DNA of 64,000 bases. Origin: Octopus vulgaris (lineage: Eukaryota). This document shows, piece by piece, positions 14,329-29,478 of the stretch (position 1 is its first letter; each line of letters starts with the position of its first letter). A program made the translations under genes and the position numbers. The DNA is taken from assembly GCA_951406725.2 (NCBI GenBank), contig OX597826.1, positions 18,228,001 to 18,292,000 on the forward strand. Reading direction: 5' to 3'. Below the pieces are notes generated by a model. It did no database searches. It was given only the letters and a program-made list of their open reading frames with translations, and had not been told where the DNA came from.

Positions 14329-15477
14329 CTGCACAAAGGGAAAAGAATAATTCAGAAAAAAATGTTAGTTTAATATTGACAGAATTGTGTAATAAAACGA
14401 TGTGGTTGGAGAAGAAATGAGAGAAAGATGAAATGTGATGTGAACACGTAAGACAACATGAGATGAAGTTTGTGATTGATGCTGTTTATGTCATGGAAAG
14501 TATGTCTTGGTGTATAGAGCAGTGTAATGTTGATTTCTTGAAGAGATACATTATATCTTTGCACAAACAATGGCAGAACAAGAGCAATTGATCTTGGGCC
14601 AAATAGAACTATGAAGGGTCTTGGAATTTACAGTGTCTTGTAAACATACAGCTGCCTATTTCTCTGTTATGTTCATACAGAGTTAATCAAGAGTATGCAA
14701 CACTATTATCCTCTAAATCCATCTTATCAATAATAACATCAATAATTATAATAAGTTGCTTGGACTAGTGTCACTACCAATACTTTGTTTTAAGTTGATA
14801 AGTATAATTCCATGTTCAGAGTGGAAGACAACAAGTTAAAGTATAATGGTGTTTCCCCGTTGTTTTACTATACGATAAATTAAGGTATATCAAAAATTTG
14901 CATTTTCTAATGTCACCTTCTTATCTATGAATGTCTTTCTAGTGTAGTATCATCAGTTTGTCACATTCTACTCAAACTATAACAAACTTATTCTTTATGA
15001 ATACTCCAGCGATGGTGGTGGTGGTGGTGGTGCAGGCTGTCACACTGCACCCTATATACGTTATCATGCACTACATACAGGAATGTGTGGTATTCACCAT
15101 CAACTAGGCAGAGACATGGTGTAGCAGGCAAAATAGATTTGTGGGTCAGCTTGGTCATTTAGCTGGCTGCCTACATGCTGTAGGACTGAACTAAGCTGGG
15201 GCTATGGAATAACAACAACTCCAACTGTACTCTACCCACTCAAACCTTTCAGTTGCATCCTTACATTGTCACCCACTCAGTGTTTCTTGCTTTCAAGCAC
15301 AATGACAAATCTTATGAGGAAAGTACATCCTGAGGATCTGCTTGCTGTTCAATGGAACAACTTTCCTTTTGGCTGTGTCTTTTCAAACTCACTAAAGCGT
15401 ATAGAACCCTAAATAATTTTACTTAATTAATACAATATCTGAGTGGTAGAGCTCTTCTTGTCAATTAATACACTTAC

Positions 15478-15503
15478 CTCCTTTCCTTCTCTCCCAGACA
15501 TAT
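15478..15503 (-). CDS. Candidate 26-nt microexon (phase 2-1), YVWERRKG
   Basis: Acceptor aaatatttctattcag|, consensus donor GAG|gtaagt, purine-rich body. Ends in RKG-D directly before DIDEC, echoing the GRKGD-D end of the 117-nt linker exon. Confidence 0.6.
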
Positions 15504-15949
15504 CTGAATAGAAATATTTTTAAATCACATGCCACCCTTTAGCTGAAATCTCAAGATGTATGTCAGCTCATACGTAACATTTTTACCCTCCACCCCACTT
15601 TTTTTGATCTACTGTGTGACTAAAACACCTTTCAAAATGTACTGACACTAAAACTCAGACACACACACATACACACACCCCTATATAAAATACATTAGAA
15701 AGACATGTTTCCAAATCTTTACAGAGTAAAAAAAAAAGCAAGAAATATCTAAAAATTAGGAATGATGAATGAGTTGAAAAAATTCAATACGAAATGTATG
15801 AATGATGTAAATTATATATGTGTGAGGTGTGGGTGTATGCTTGCAATACACTCTGAATTGGCAAAAGATGTTGAAGATGTGTACAAGTTCACACACACAC
15901 ACACACACATATGTGCATGAGTGTGTTCATGTATGTGTGTGAGTGCACT

Positions 15950-15984
<35 letters not shown>

Positions 15985-18384
15985 GTGTACATGTGTGTGT
16001 GCATGTGTGTGCGTGCGTGTATGTGTGTGTGTGTATGTGTGTTGATGTATGTGCTTGAATTAATTGTCTTATACATATAAAGCATATATGCTGATATAAA
16101 TTTTCAAATTCTTTTATAAATTCAAAATGTATTGCACTCAGATTATATGCATCTACATATTTTAGATGTGAGTATATATCTATAACTGTCTGCCTGCCTG
16201 ATTGTATGTATGTATATATGTCAGTCAGTCTGTGTGTGTGTATGTGTGCTGGTATGTATGTAAGCATGTATTTATGTGTCTTTGTACCTATGTATGTATA
16301 CAGGTATGAATGCGAAGCAGCTTTTTGTTTAGATATATCAAACTGAAAAATGTCTTTATGCAGTTCTTTACATATTTTTATTTTAATTTTTCCTAATTTC
16401 CAATGAATTTTTCTCTTCTTAATGGAGATTTTATGTGAATTTTTCAAGGGCTAATTTATTTATGATTGAAGGTCATGTGATCCTATCATGTGAACCTATC
16501 ATGTGATCCTGTCATTAAGGTCTATAGTATAACTGCTGACTACGATATTCTGCTTTTAATGTAACCACGAGTCTTGTAATATATGCACAAGGAAATCTCT
16601 ATTCAGACTGATACAACACATTCCTGTAGGTTAATTAACCACCTGAAACAAGGAGGCATGGCAATATATTGCTTTATAAAAGCCATAATATATAATATTG
16701 GTTAGTAATTTGGAACTATTGATAGTTTTTTTTCTCCTTAGGTAAAAATATGTCCATCAAAACATCAATTGTGATTACCATTTATCTGAATATGTTATCA
16801 GAGATTTTCCCCATATCACCAGATTTTAAAAACTAAATGACACTTACTAAAACATACTTTCAACAAAAGTTTTTTTAAAATTTAGTTTTCATGCATAATT
16901 TGTTTTTTATGTATATTTCATTGATCCCAACAAACATTGAAACACAATGACCATCTGTGTGCATTGATGCTGCAACTATTTTCATGCATATTTACAGGGC
17001 TTGTTACATTTCAAACACCACATACAGTAAGAACACAAACTAATTAATACTCCACTGGCTTTCATATATTTCATTAGCATAATATCTCAGCAATAACATT
17101 GACCTTATTTATCTTATGTATCACTACTGGTAAAAAAAAAAAAAGAAAAAAAGAAAAGAAAAAAAGAAAAACAAAAAGAACACTGTTGCTCTCTGCATTT
17201 TTGATGGTGAAAGTAGCCAGGAAGTGTTTGTAATTTGATACAGAATAAATATCTCAAGGGACAGTGTTTGTAAAGTAGCAGTTTTCTGTTTTATTTGACA
17301 ATATTTACAACTTTTCCTGATATGAAATATTACTCAGAGTGAAAGAGGGAGAGAGAAAGAAAGAGAGAGAAGACACATACACACACACACACACACAGAA
17401 ACACACACATACACTGCAAGATTCCCTGCAGTTTCTGTTTATTAATTCAGTTTCTGTTTATTAAATGTCAATCACAAGGTATTGATGAACTTGAAGTTAT
17501 TGTAGAAGACACTTGCATAATATTCAATGCAGAGGAACTGAATCTGATTCTAACTTTTTAACCCACAAAACCATTCCTCTACACTTGCACTTAAATTCCC
17601 CATTATTTACTAGAATACAATGAAAATCATCTATCATGTCATTAACAACCCATTTGTAATATGGATCTTTAAGGTCTCCTAAGATTCAACTAAAAAAATC
17701 AAATGGTTATGGGTGGGGGGTCTTCATCTTGGCATCTTTTATTGGTTCTTTAATTTGCAATCCTACAAAAGTTTCAGTTTAAAATTTTGTTTCAAATGAA
17801 AAAAACTGAAAATCTATGCAAAGCTGCTTGTACAAATCTATATTTTTATTAAAAAATTTACAAAATACCAGTAAAAGAGCATTGTTTTAGATTTGTTACA
17901 AAGTTACAACATAACTTTTAAAATCCTTCTTAAGAGGTTAGCTATGGGCATATAAAATCCCAAATGTTAGTCATCATAATTCTAATGTCCCCTTTTCCAT
18001 GCTTGCATGAATTGTAATTTGTCAAGGCAAATTTTCTATGGACAGATGCCTAACTGTCAATTGTTTCCAGGTAAGGTAATATTTCCCCACGGACAGACAT
18101 ACTTTCAAAGAAGATTGGAAATGAAGGACACCACTAGCATGTGATGTCAAGACAATGACACACAAACACATACATACGTACACACACATGTACATATATG
18201 TATACATATATATATACAATGTGCTTCTTTCAGCTTTTATCAGCCAAATTCACTCACACAACTTTGGCCAACCAGAGACTATAGTAGATTACAAAGAATC
18301 ATGCAGTGGGACTGAACCTAAAGCCATATAGTTGAGAACCAAAATTCTTAATCACACAGCCATGCCTGTACTTAAATGCATACA

Positions 18385-18570
18385 GTGGTTTCATATTTTG
18401 GCACAAGGCCAGCAATTCTAGGGGCAAGGTATGTTGATTACATCAACCTCAGGGCTCAACTGATACTTATTTTATCGACTCCAAAAGGATAAAAGGCAAA
18501 ATCGTCCTCAGCAGAATTTGAACTCAGCATTTTGCCTTGTTTGCTAATGATTCTGCCAACTTGCCACCTT
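18385..18570 (-). mobile_element. tRNA-derived SINE (family B)
   Basis: Reverse complement of the 55770-55997 element (ttttgccttttatccttttggagtcgataaaataagtatcag). Confidence 0.75.
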
Positions 18571-19761
18571 AAAAAGTGGCCAGCAAGCCCCCTAGAAGGA
18601 ATCAATGCGCTTAAATACATATATTACAATATATGGAACTTTTGAATAACTACCTTGAAAATCAACAATGGGTGGTATTACTTTGAAATTAGTGCAAACT
18701 AACCAATTGGGTTTGTAAATGTTATTTTAAACAGAAGTTCTGCGTTATTAGTTGTTTTAAAAATTTCTAAAAATGAAAGCACAGTCAGTCAGTCCCTGAT
18801 ATCTTAATATTGTTGTGCTTCTCAAGCCAATCAACCTCTAATCATTTGCTTTGGATGGGACACACTTTGTTAAATTAGGTCTTTCCTAGTTTTGCTGCAA
18901 AAAAGATGCAGTAAAAAATATTAGTTTTGTCACTCTGTTCTGAGTTTAAAATCTGCAAATTTACTTAAGTTGGTATTACTTGCTCATTTGCAAGGTTGAT
19001 TAAAGAAAATGGTTGTTATATACTCCTCAACTACAACTTATGATCATGTGCCAGTCTAAGAAATCAATATTTTGTGGTAAATAATTAAATGTTCCTTCCT
19101 AAAGAATTTTATAAACTTTTTCTCTATAATGCTATCATACAAATGTTTCTTTTACAAACAGATTTTTCCCTTTAAATTTGATAATACGTGTTTTAGAAAT
19201 ATTATGCAAAAATATTAGATACGTAAAGAGGGTATTTATAATGTTATTTATCCAGCAATTAGACATATTATTGTAGTTTAAATTATAAAAATTATGGACA
19301 AAAGTTAGAACTATTATATATTACAGTACAGAGCCTTTATATGTCATACCAGACCTTTAAGCATGAATATTATTTTTGAAGTCAACATGTTTGAAAATTT
19401 AAATAGCAACTTATAATTAGCATTAAATAATACTTATTTAGATATTTATTAACATTAATGAAATTTCTTATCAGGAAAGACAGGGGAAAGCACTCCATAG
19501 AGTTAGACTTTCTGTAGACTACTGAAGTAAAGCCCACTTAGCTCTGTATCTCTTAGTCTTGTATATTTGATTGTCTGGAACTTTTTGTTGTAAAAAAAAA
19601 ATTTTTTATAAGAAATCAGTGGTTGCTGAATTCATTCTGCCATTATTTTCACCTGAGTGATAAAGGATAAGGCCACTGCCTAAGCGTTTTGCACCTGCCT
19701 CAACTTACACACACACAGAGGTGTGTGTGTGTTGTAGGGGTGTATTTCTATATGTACACAC

Positions 19762-19797
<36 letters not shown>

Positions 19798-19997
19798 GTA
19801 TATTTCCTCAGATAAGAGGAAAAAAATCTATCAGAAAAGAACTCTATCTCTCTTAAAAAAATTTTGATAAGCATAACAAATGCGCAACCGGTAAAAAGAA
19901 CTTTCACCTAATTAAATTACTTAAATTACTTAAATTATTTTGTCAGCATTTTCTTCATTTCCTTTTTTATATATCACAACTCATGTTCCACATCTCC

Positions 19998-20036
<39 letters not shown>

Positions 20037-20079
20037 CAAATAGAAGTTGAAAAGGTCTAAAAGACTTTTACAGGAAAGA

Positions 20080-20620
20080 CCAGAAAGATGTCTAAAATCT
20101 GTTCTGATTTGAAGAACACTTGTCACTCATAACAGGCACTATGGTACAGTTGATATAAGATTCTTCACAGAAATTGAAGTAAAAAAAAGCTCCATTGCCT
20201 CCTTAAGAAATGAGAAATTAATCCTTATATCTTGGCCAACAAATAGCAAAGGTGAGCATGGTAGATGTGCTGCCAGAAATAAGCATTAGTTGATGCCAGC
20301 TATGTTGTACAGAGAAGCGGAAACCCAAATATCAGACATGCACAAGTTGTGTAAGGAGAACTGGTCAGCAACAGGAATGGAGTTTTTGATCCAAACAGAT
20401 CAGGGGAGACTCAAAGCAATCCCTGATCTGTTTTACTTACCAGCAAGAATCCCTTGGGCATGCGATGGTAGAGAACTGAAGACCAAGATGTCTCATGTAT
20501 GGTGCTCCCAGTCCACAGCAGAGGGAAAATGAAAGAAGCCCGCCCACTGCTGTCAATGTCACAACCAGGTAAAAAGGAACAACAACAGCATGCCACAAGA
20601 ACAGAACAACAACAACAACT
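20080..20620 (+). mobile_element. Probable decayed LINE ORF1-like remnant
   Basis: Broken frames read ...KAIPDLFYLPARIP...VEN*RPRCLMYG, resembling the V-V-E-G-R-x-P-x-C zinc-knuckle region of L1/Tx1-type ORF1. Followed by a low-complexity (CAA/CAG)-rich tract. Confidence 0.35.
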
Positions 20621-23600
20621 CCGAAAGTAAGGTTGTAGCAGCAGCAGCAGCAGCAGCTGTGAAAGCAGGAGAAGTAGCAACATCAGCAGCAGCAGCATGA
20701 ACAAAAACAGCAACAGAACCTTCTCCTCATGGCAACAATAACAACAGGAACATCTTTACTGGCAGCAACGGAATCTTCTAACTGTAGCTCCAGCACATCA
20801 CATGACATAACTCTACCACCTCAAATCACCCTGACATGTCTTGTGATAAGAGTGACAAAGATGAAAAAGTGGGAAACTGTCTCTGTGAGAAGAGAGACAA
20901 AAGGACAAAACAAATCTGACCTCACATAAAATTGAGAGATATGAAAATAGGAAAAAATTTCACAATATCAGCATCAATTCCCACCACCACCATCATCACC
21001 ATCACTGACAACACTAACCTTGCAAACACTACAACAAACACAAACACAATCCAATCTACACTTAAGTCAACAATAAGAACAACATTCACAAAGTGAACAT
21101 AAAACATCATAAACTGCACAGCCATAAACACAAACAACAATGAATTAACTCGACATAAACAGCAATGCACAAACATTGCACATGATGGCTACATGTTACC
21201 TATAAACTCACATGGAAATCCTAAAAACAACATCAAACTTATAAACTCTAAGAATTCCTAAAAACAACATAAAACTTCTGAGAGACAATAAACAAAAATT
21301 GTACGAAATAAAACTGGTAGAAATACTCATAATAAGTTAGAAGTGCAGATCACCTGATCTTCCACAGGAATAAGGTAAGTAGTTCTTACCTCTTATCCAA
21401 CTTTATCGAACATAACCATACTCAGAAGAGGCAGTTTGGATGCAAAAAACCCTGAGGTTACACTGGAAGCAATGCCACCTTCTGCCAACAACCTGAGCTT
21501 ACTAGAGATAAACATCCTGAAAGCAGAGGTTAAGTCAATGATGCTGGATGTGAATACCAGTGATGATCATATCTTCCCACCACTAACCATCTACTAGCTG
21601 CATTTCTTTAGGCCTCAAGAATCTTTCTTGGAAACGTCCTACTCCTTGATTAGTTGGGGGCTGCAACAGCATCTCGGAGGGACTGGAACAGTGTGGAGCT
21701 AGCTAATGGAAGATAGAGTGCAAAAGCCTCACATGCCTTCTCAGATGTTTCCAATTGTCTGACAGGAAATGACTGGATTTCTCAAATGTGCCAATGTGGA
21801 CATAGGACAAATTGCATCAGGTCATCCAGATCATACCTGAATAGAGTATTCTGTAGGCCAAAGAAAAGGATAGTATTGTTTTCTTTAATTCTATCAACCG
21901 TGATAGGTTTCATAAACAGGAACCTGATTACTGGAATTTAAATGTGCCTTTCCCAAAGCTTACAGAGACCAGATTAGCAAATTAGTTAAGTGGGTGTTGC
22001 CAGGAACAGTTGTCAACAACTGAGCAACTGAAGTAGAACTAATAAAGTTTAGTAAAGGAGTAGCAATACTAGATTAGAGAGAGGCTTAGTTAGAATATTA
22101 AAAGGTCTGTTTAAGGGTGATTCAGCTATTGTTATTAGCACATCTCACAACTACCTGATACCTTCCTCATATCTTTGTCATTCAGACATGTTTCTCAATA
22201 TTTTTGCCCACAAAAACACATTTCATGGAATGATGATGTACCCAAGATTGATTCATTGCTGGGATTTAAGCAAAATATTTTGACTGTCCCTATTTTAAAC
22301 TTTGATTTAAAAAAAAAAATTTGAAAATGATTGGAAATTTTAGAATTTAGGTGAAGGGAGTGGGGAGATCTAAAAAATATTTTTTCCATAATCACATGAA
22401 TTCCCATGTGAAGAACAAAATTCATGAACATTTTCTGAAAATTGCAAAAAATAAAAATGTTATGTGGAGTTATATGGGTTGCTTAAAGCAGAATTCTACC
22501 TTTATTACCACCTCTTCCCTCATGTTATTGAAAAGTTGTATTCTTTGTAATTAAGTAGAAGTAATTTGGTCTTTAGCATGTTGACCTTTATGTTGCTTGA
22601 AATGCTATTTCTCTGGACGGCCATCTTAGTTTGAAATTTGTGTTTAGTCAAAAATGACCAATATGATCCTACTTGTTTTGGGTCCTTTTCTCAGCTACCA
22701 CACCACAACTTACGGTTCTTGGAATTCTTTCATTCTGCTGCGAAGAACACATCAAAAATGTCTAACATAGAAACATCAAGTTTGTAGGGTAGACCATCCA
22801 AACTAGGTGATTTGCCCACTGTGCAGCTAGCCATCAATTCCTGTGTTCCAGTGGGTGTGGTTTATTATTTTCCTTTTTTGCAACACTCAACATCAGTTGT
22901 TAAGGATCATGACAGGTTGTTGAGATTCCCACTGAAGTTTATCCTGTGATCCAGCCTATCTCGCATCTTAAGCATGTGAGCAAAATACCACTGAAAAGCC
23001 CTTTCCCATTTGTTTGACACTGAGTAGTGCATTCATCATAATCTATCAAAGACCAAATTGTGGCTTTGTTTCTACTTCTGTTCCTCTGCTACTCAAATTT
23101 GTCAAACAGCTTTCATTCCTTTCATGCCTTAGAGCAGACACCTTAACTCTGATAACACGTTTTGTGGGGGAAAATATTGAAAAACATCAATACATATCTG
23201 AATGACAAAGATATGAGGAAGGTATCAGTTAGTTGTGAGATGTGCTAATAATAATAGCTGAATCATCCTTAAATCACACACTCAACAAAATTATTATTAT
23301 TTTTTATTATTTGCATAATCATAGAACACAAATTTGCAAAAAAATTCTAAAATTCCAAGAATAAAAAGTTATAAGGGTTTATATTGAGTGCTTAAACCAG
23401 AATTCTGTTGCAAAATGGTGTGTGTTTACTAGAATGCTGACCAATAATGAGGATGTCAGATGAAGATGATACATAGACGTAATTGTCTGTAGGAGCAACA
23501 TAAAATGCTGTCAGTGGATCCCTCAAATAACTCTGTAGATGCTGTAGGTAGCTTATGTCACTATGGTTCATGTTCCTCTTTGGGAGGGGTCTTGTGAGGA

Positions 23601-24383
23601 TTTAAAAAGGGATTGGGAAGGTGCCGTGTTTTATAAAATTAAGATGGTTTTTAAACTTGTTAAACTTGACCAATATCATAGCACCATAGCAAAGCTCCTG
23701 TTAATGGAGGAGAATATGAAACATTTTGTTTGTATTTTTGTTGGGTGCAAGGCTGGTTGTCATGAAAGTACTGAAGCTAATATGGTGGAAGAAGAAACCC
23801 AATGAACAACTTTTACCTCAGCTAACAACAAACAGTTTCTCTTCTTGCTAAAGTTAGGCTGTAACAAGTCATAGTATGCTGTATGACAAACCCATTACTT
23901 TTTATGCCATCACTGAAAAACAAACTTTACAATGATAAAAGATGGTTTTCCTTAGCAAAGTGGTTTCTCAAGAGTTAAGGGATTTTAAAGCCCTATACTT
24001 TACCTTCTCACTCACGTCACTCATTTCACAAGCTTTTCACTTTGAAAGGAGTAAAACTCATTTGAAAAGTAAAGTAAAATACCATTTCATGGCTATATTA
24101 AATATAAATCTATGACTATTTGATCAGTAATTCAACATATTAATATATTGGTGCTTATTTTTCAGCCAAATCTGATCCTACACACTCCAATCATGACCAT
24201 CCTTTCTTTTATTTCTGGTGTTCTGTATCTAGAACTGCATTACCCAGTGTATACTTTCCTTTCTTTAGATGGCAGATTGTGACTTGAGGAAGATTTGGTT
24301 GCTATTTCTAGCAGTTCATGACTTGATTAACCTTCAGACAGTTACATAGGTATTCAAATATCTATGCATGTGTTTGTGTACAC

Positions 24384-24422
<39 letters not shown>

Positions 24423-24665
24423 CATACAAACATATATGCATCATATATGTGTATATGTATAGATATATATATATGTGTGTGTGTGTGTTTATATGTGCAT
24501 GTCTGTGTTCTGAAATGAACCCATTGTAACAAACTATCCATTGTATTCTATAAAGGATCTAATCAATAGTTCAGTCCCCAACCCCTTTCTCCCTACCCAA
24601 CCATGCCCACTCCACATGCTGCAGAAAAAACAATAAAACACAAATTTACAAAGGTCATTAAATAC

Positions 24666-24679
24666 CTCAGCTTTCCCAT
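24666..24679 (-). CDS. Candidate alternative first coding exon: ATG GGA AAG CTG AG| (MGKL-R), phase 2
   Basis: gcgatcATGG context with an in-frame TAA 15 nt upstream, A-rich UTR-like leader, donor GAG|gtattt. Joins in frame to the 26-nt exon and the next EGF exon. Confidence 0.4.
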
Positions 24680-25013
24680 GATCGCAGTGTTTTACAGTTT
24701 GTTTATTTGTTTATTATTTATTATTTTCAAATATTTTTTTTTTCCTCTTTGCTTTTTCCCCTTGATCTTGCTATTATAAACAACATTGTTATGTTGGAAT
24801 GATAGAAAAAATGGTACAAGGCATTGAACAGTGTGTGCATACGCATACATACACACAGACACCCATGCACAGAAAATACAAACACACATATATGCACACA
24901 CACATATAATTATTAATGGTAATAATGACGATGATGATGATGACAATGGTGATTATGATACTTAAAATCAGGGTGGGAATTGAAAGTAATGAAATCAATG
25001 TGTGCACTCACAT

Positions 25014-25050
<37 letters not shown>

Positions 25051-25492
25051 GTGTATGCAGAAGCACATAGCTATAGACACACACGCAAGAACATGATGAT
25101 AATGAAGATGGCGATGTAAACAAGAATAAAAAAATAATAAGCAATAGATACAAACAGAAACACATACTCATGCACACACACACACACACACACACATGCA
25201 TACACACACAGACCTAGACATATGTATGTATTCACACAGACATATATACATATATAAACACATACACACATGTATACATATATATCTATCACACACACAC
25301 ACATATATATATATAGGCACCATCAACAATAAGTACAACAACAAAGAAAGAAATCATTCTTACTGTAATAATAATCTTTAATAACTACAACAACAACAAT
25401 ATTGTTTGTAGGTGAAAGCTAAACTTAAACAGAAACACACACAAACATACATCAACTCAAATACACATGTATTACCTCAGACACAGACATAT

Positions 25493-25523
<31 letters not shown>

Positions 25524-26108
25524 TCCTCTTCTCTCCCTCTCTTTCTCCCCCTTTCTTTCTCCCCCTTTCTCTCTGTCTGTCATATACACACACACCCATA
25601 CAGACATGCACATGCACACAAACACACATACACACAAGATTTCTCCTTCACACACACACACACAAACACACACACACATGGCTTATGCCACAGACGCACA
25701 CACATATGGTCGTTCCCTCACACACACACACCCACACTCACACATGCACAGACACACACCCTCAGACACCTCCTTATAATACATCTAGAATTTTCCGATA
25801 TTAAATTAACAATAACCGAACATCAACATCAAACTTCAACATAACAAAAGAATGGAAGAAGTGGGGAATGGGAGGGTGGGTGGGTGGGTGGCAGGGCTGA
25901 ATTCACTCCCACCACCACTAATAATTCCTTTCTTCCTTTACATAGAGACTATGAACCCTTGGTTTTAGACAGACATAACTTACACACAGGTATCTGAACA
26001 TATAAACAGGCTCAAATGTATACACGTGTGGATACATACGTGTAATCACACACACTCATACACGCATGCACGCACACACAGAGAAGCAGAGAAGAAACAA
26101 AATGAAAT

Positions 26109-26158
<50 letters not shown>

Positions 26159-26423
26159 GACACACATACAAGCATTCATTACAGCATGCTTGCACAAATA
26201 CAAAACCATCAGATGCACAAAATTATACATACATACATACATACATACATACATACATACATGCATACATACATACATACATACATACATACATGCATAC
26301 ATGCATACATACATACAAACATACACACATAAAAACCTACATACATATGTTTGTATGTGTATGTTCATATGAGTGGGTGTCTACATCTGTATGTATGTAT
26401 TTATATGTATGTGTGTGTTATAT

Positions 26424-26484
<61 letters not shown>

Positions 26485-26576
26485 ATATATATTTACACAC
26501 ACATATATATATTATACAGATATAATATATATATATATATGTTATATATATACTGTATATATATATATATAAGTTC

Positions 26577-26614
<38 letters not shown>

Positions 26615-26629
26615 CTATGAATATATATA

Positions 26630-26668
<39 letters not shown>

Positions 26669-26948
26669 TTGTATATATATAATATATGTATTATAGGGCC
26701 ATGAATGTTTTATATAAATATATATCATAAGTATATTTTGTATATTTATATGTGTGTGTGTGTGTGTGTGTGTGTATCCCAAAATACACAATTAAATCAC
26801 ACAAATACACAAAGCTTTCTTCAAACCCTTCGCATGCATTCATATAGTCACTAGGTGCGTAAGCACAAACATTTACATCTTAGACATACATGCATACAAA
26901 TATATATATATACATACATAGATATATATATATCTTTATATATATATG

Positions 26949-26982
<34 letters not shown>

Positions 26983-27307
26983 CATATATATATATGTGTG
27001 TGTACCTTAGATGTATGCATAAGGATAATTATAAACACATTTACAGAGGCATACTTATAGATACAAGCATGTTCACACATTCAGAGACTCTCACACATAC
27101 ACATCTACATGCCTACACAGCCAAGCACCTATCCCTACACACATACATGCATGCATAGAAAGAAACAATCCCAGACACCCGTAACCACTCAGTGACTCCC
27201 TTAGAAGCCTCAGTCATGTGACTTCCAGCAATTAGCGAGTTATATACTGCCACTTGCCAGACAAAATGACCATAACAACACTCTTACATAAAAGAAGGCT
27301 CATTGAA

Positions 27308-27380
<73 letters not shown>

Positions 27381-27399
27381 TAATAATAATAATAATAAT

Positions 27400-27430
<31 letters not shown>

Positions 27431-27469
27431 TAATAATAATAATAATATTAAAACAATTAATAATATTTA

Positions 27470-27520
<51 letters not shown>

Positions 27521-27542
27521 CATTATTGTTATTATTATTGTT
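27308..27542. repeat. (TAA)n tract followed by an inverted (TTA)n tract
   Basis: ~140 bp of TAA repeats, a short spacer, then ~70 bp of TTA repeats. Confidence 0.95.
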
Positions 27543-27897
27543 ACAAGCAGCAAACCCTTTGAAAATTAGTGAAGATCACTTAAAACGCAAAGAATAGCAT
27601 GATTTTGGCAGTTTTTGGTGTTCATTTTAAACACAAGCACTGAAATTAATGGTCAGTTTCCTGAGTGGTTATGGTAGTGGGTTAGTGGGGCTGAAGGGTA
27701 GAAAGTGTGGGGAAAGAGATGCATTCAGTCAATAATGCAATATAGCCGTGTTATTGTATTCTCCTCACTTGTCTAACTGGAGACTTAACAGCATATGTAG
27801 GTAAATGTGTAGGCATTGATGTGTGTAAGAAGTGTATAAGTGTATACAGCAGTTTTAATTTTACACACACACACACACACACATACACACATAATTA

Positions 27898-28178
27898 TAT
27901 ACATGCATACATGCATAAACATATATATATACAGATATGCACATGTCTACATGTATGTACACACACACACACATCCGCATACAAAATGTATACACGTGTA
28001 CCTTAGTATGCATTTATCATTGTATTTTATCTTTATACATGCATACATGCATAAACATATATATATACAGATATGCACATGTCTACATGTATGTACACAC
28101 ATACACACACACACATCCGCATACAAAATGTATACACGTGTACCTTAGTATGCATTTACCATTGTTTTATCTTTATAT
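27898..28178. repeat. Recent tandem duplication of a ~137-bp low-complexity unit
   Basis: tatacatgcatacatgcataaac...catccgcatacaaaatgtatacacgtgtaccttagtatgcattta occurs twice, differing mainly in CA-tract length. Confidence 0.9.
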
Positions 28179-28309
28179 GCATACAAGTACCTATGTCTAT
28201 GTTTTAGATGTATCCACTTATGTCTACAGTGTTAAGTATGTCTTTACATTTATGCACACAAAGGGTGGCTGTACATATCTGTATGTAGGTGGGTATGTGT
28301 GAGAATATA

Positions 28310-28371
<62 letters not shown>

Positions 28372-28475
28372 TATAAATATATATATATATATATGTATGT
28401 AAACATACACACACATATATATATCCACATACATACACATATGCAAAAATCATTTATATAGATATACACTTACAT

Positions 28476-28604
<129 letters not shown>

Positions 28605-28947
28605 AAGATAGATAGATCCATGGCGATGTGGTTGAGAAGCTTGCTTCTAAGCTGTGTGATCTTGTGTTTAGTCCCATTGCATGACACATTAGGCAAGTGA
28701 TTTCTTCTATAACCTAGGATGACCAAAGCCTTGCAAGTAGAGTAAACAGAATATATACAGACAGACAGACACACACACACAGACACACATGAGTTGAAAA
28801 TAAAAAGTAATAAGAATAAGATGGAAAAAAAAAAAGTGGGTGTATAATGTTTCGAGCATGGTTCTTCCGAAGAAAAAAGACAGGAAAGGTTCAGAGAGAA
28901 GGAAAAAATGTTCAAGAAAAGCATGTATGTGGATACATGATATATAT

Positions 28948-29002
<55 letters not shown>

Positions 29003-29214
29003 AGAGAGAGTGTGTGTGTGTGTATAGTAGAATAATAAAAAAGTTCTTGAAAAATGAGTAGAGATGGTTTTAGGGGGGATAATTTTTATTTTAATGATAA
29101 TGTTTACAGTAAACATTATCATTAAAATAAAAATTATCCCCACATAAAACCATCTCTACTCATTTTTTCAAATATGTATGTATGTAAACATATATATATA
29201 TATAAAATAAATAA

Positions 29215-29463
29215 ATGTTCCTTCTCGAGCCATGCCAAGCTCATAAGGGCTGGTTTCCCAGTTTCAGAGGTGTAGAAATTCCCCACCTGGACAGGACGCT
29301 GGTCCATTACAGGACTACTCATTTTTGCCAGGTGAGTGGACTGGAGCAATGTGAAATGAAGTATTTTTCTCAAGAACACAATGCATCACCCAGTCCAGGA
29401 ATCGAAACCACAACCTTACGATCATGAGTTCAACACCCTAACCACTAAGGCATGCGCCTCCAC
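29215..29463 (-). mobile_element. tRNA-derived SINE (family C-related head)
   Basis: Reverse complement reads ggaggcgcatgcccttagtggttagggtgttgaactcatgatcgtaaggttgtggtttcgattcctgg, with A and B boxes. Confidence 0.8.
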
Positions 29464-29478
29464 TATATATATATATAA

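Noticed and set aside
20441-20475. 35-nt pseudo-exon with gtaagt donor
   Set aside because: Lies antisense within a probable LINE ORF1 remnant. Joining it in phase 0-2 to the 26-nt exon creates TGA.
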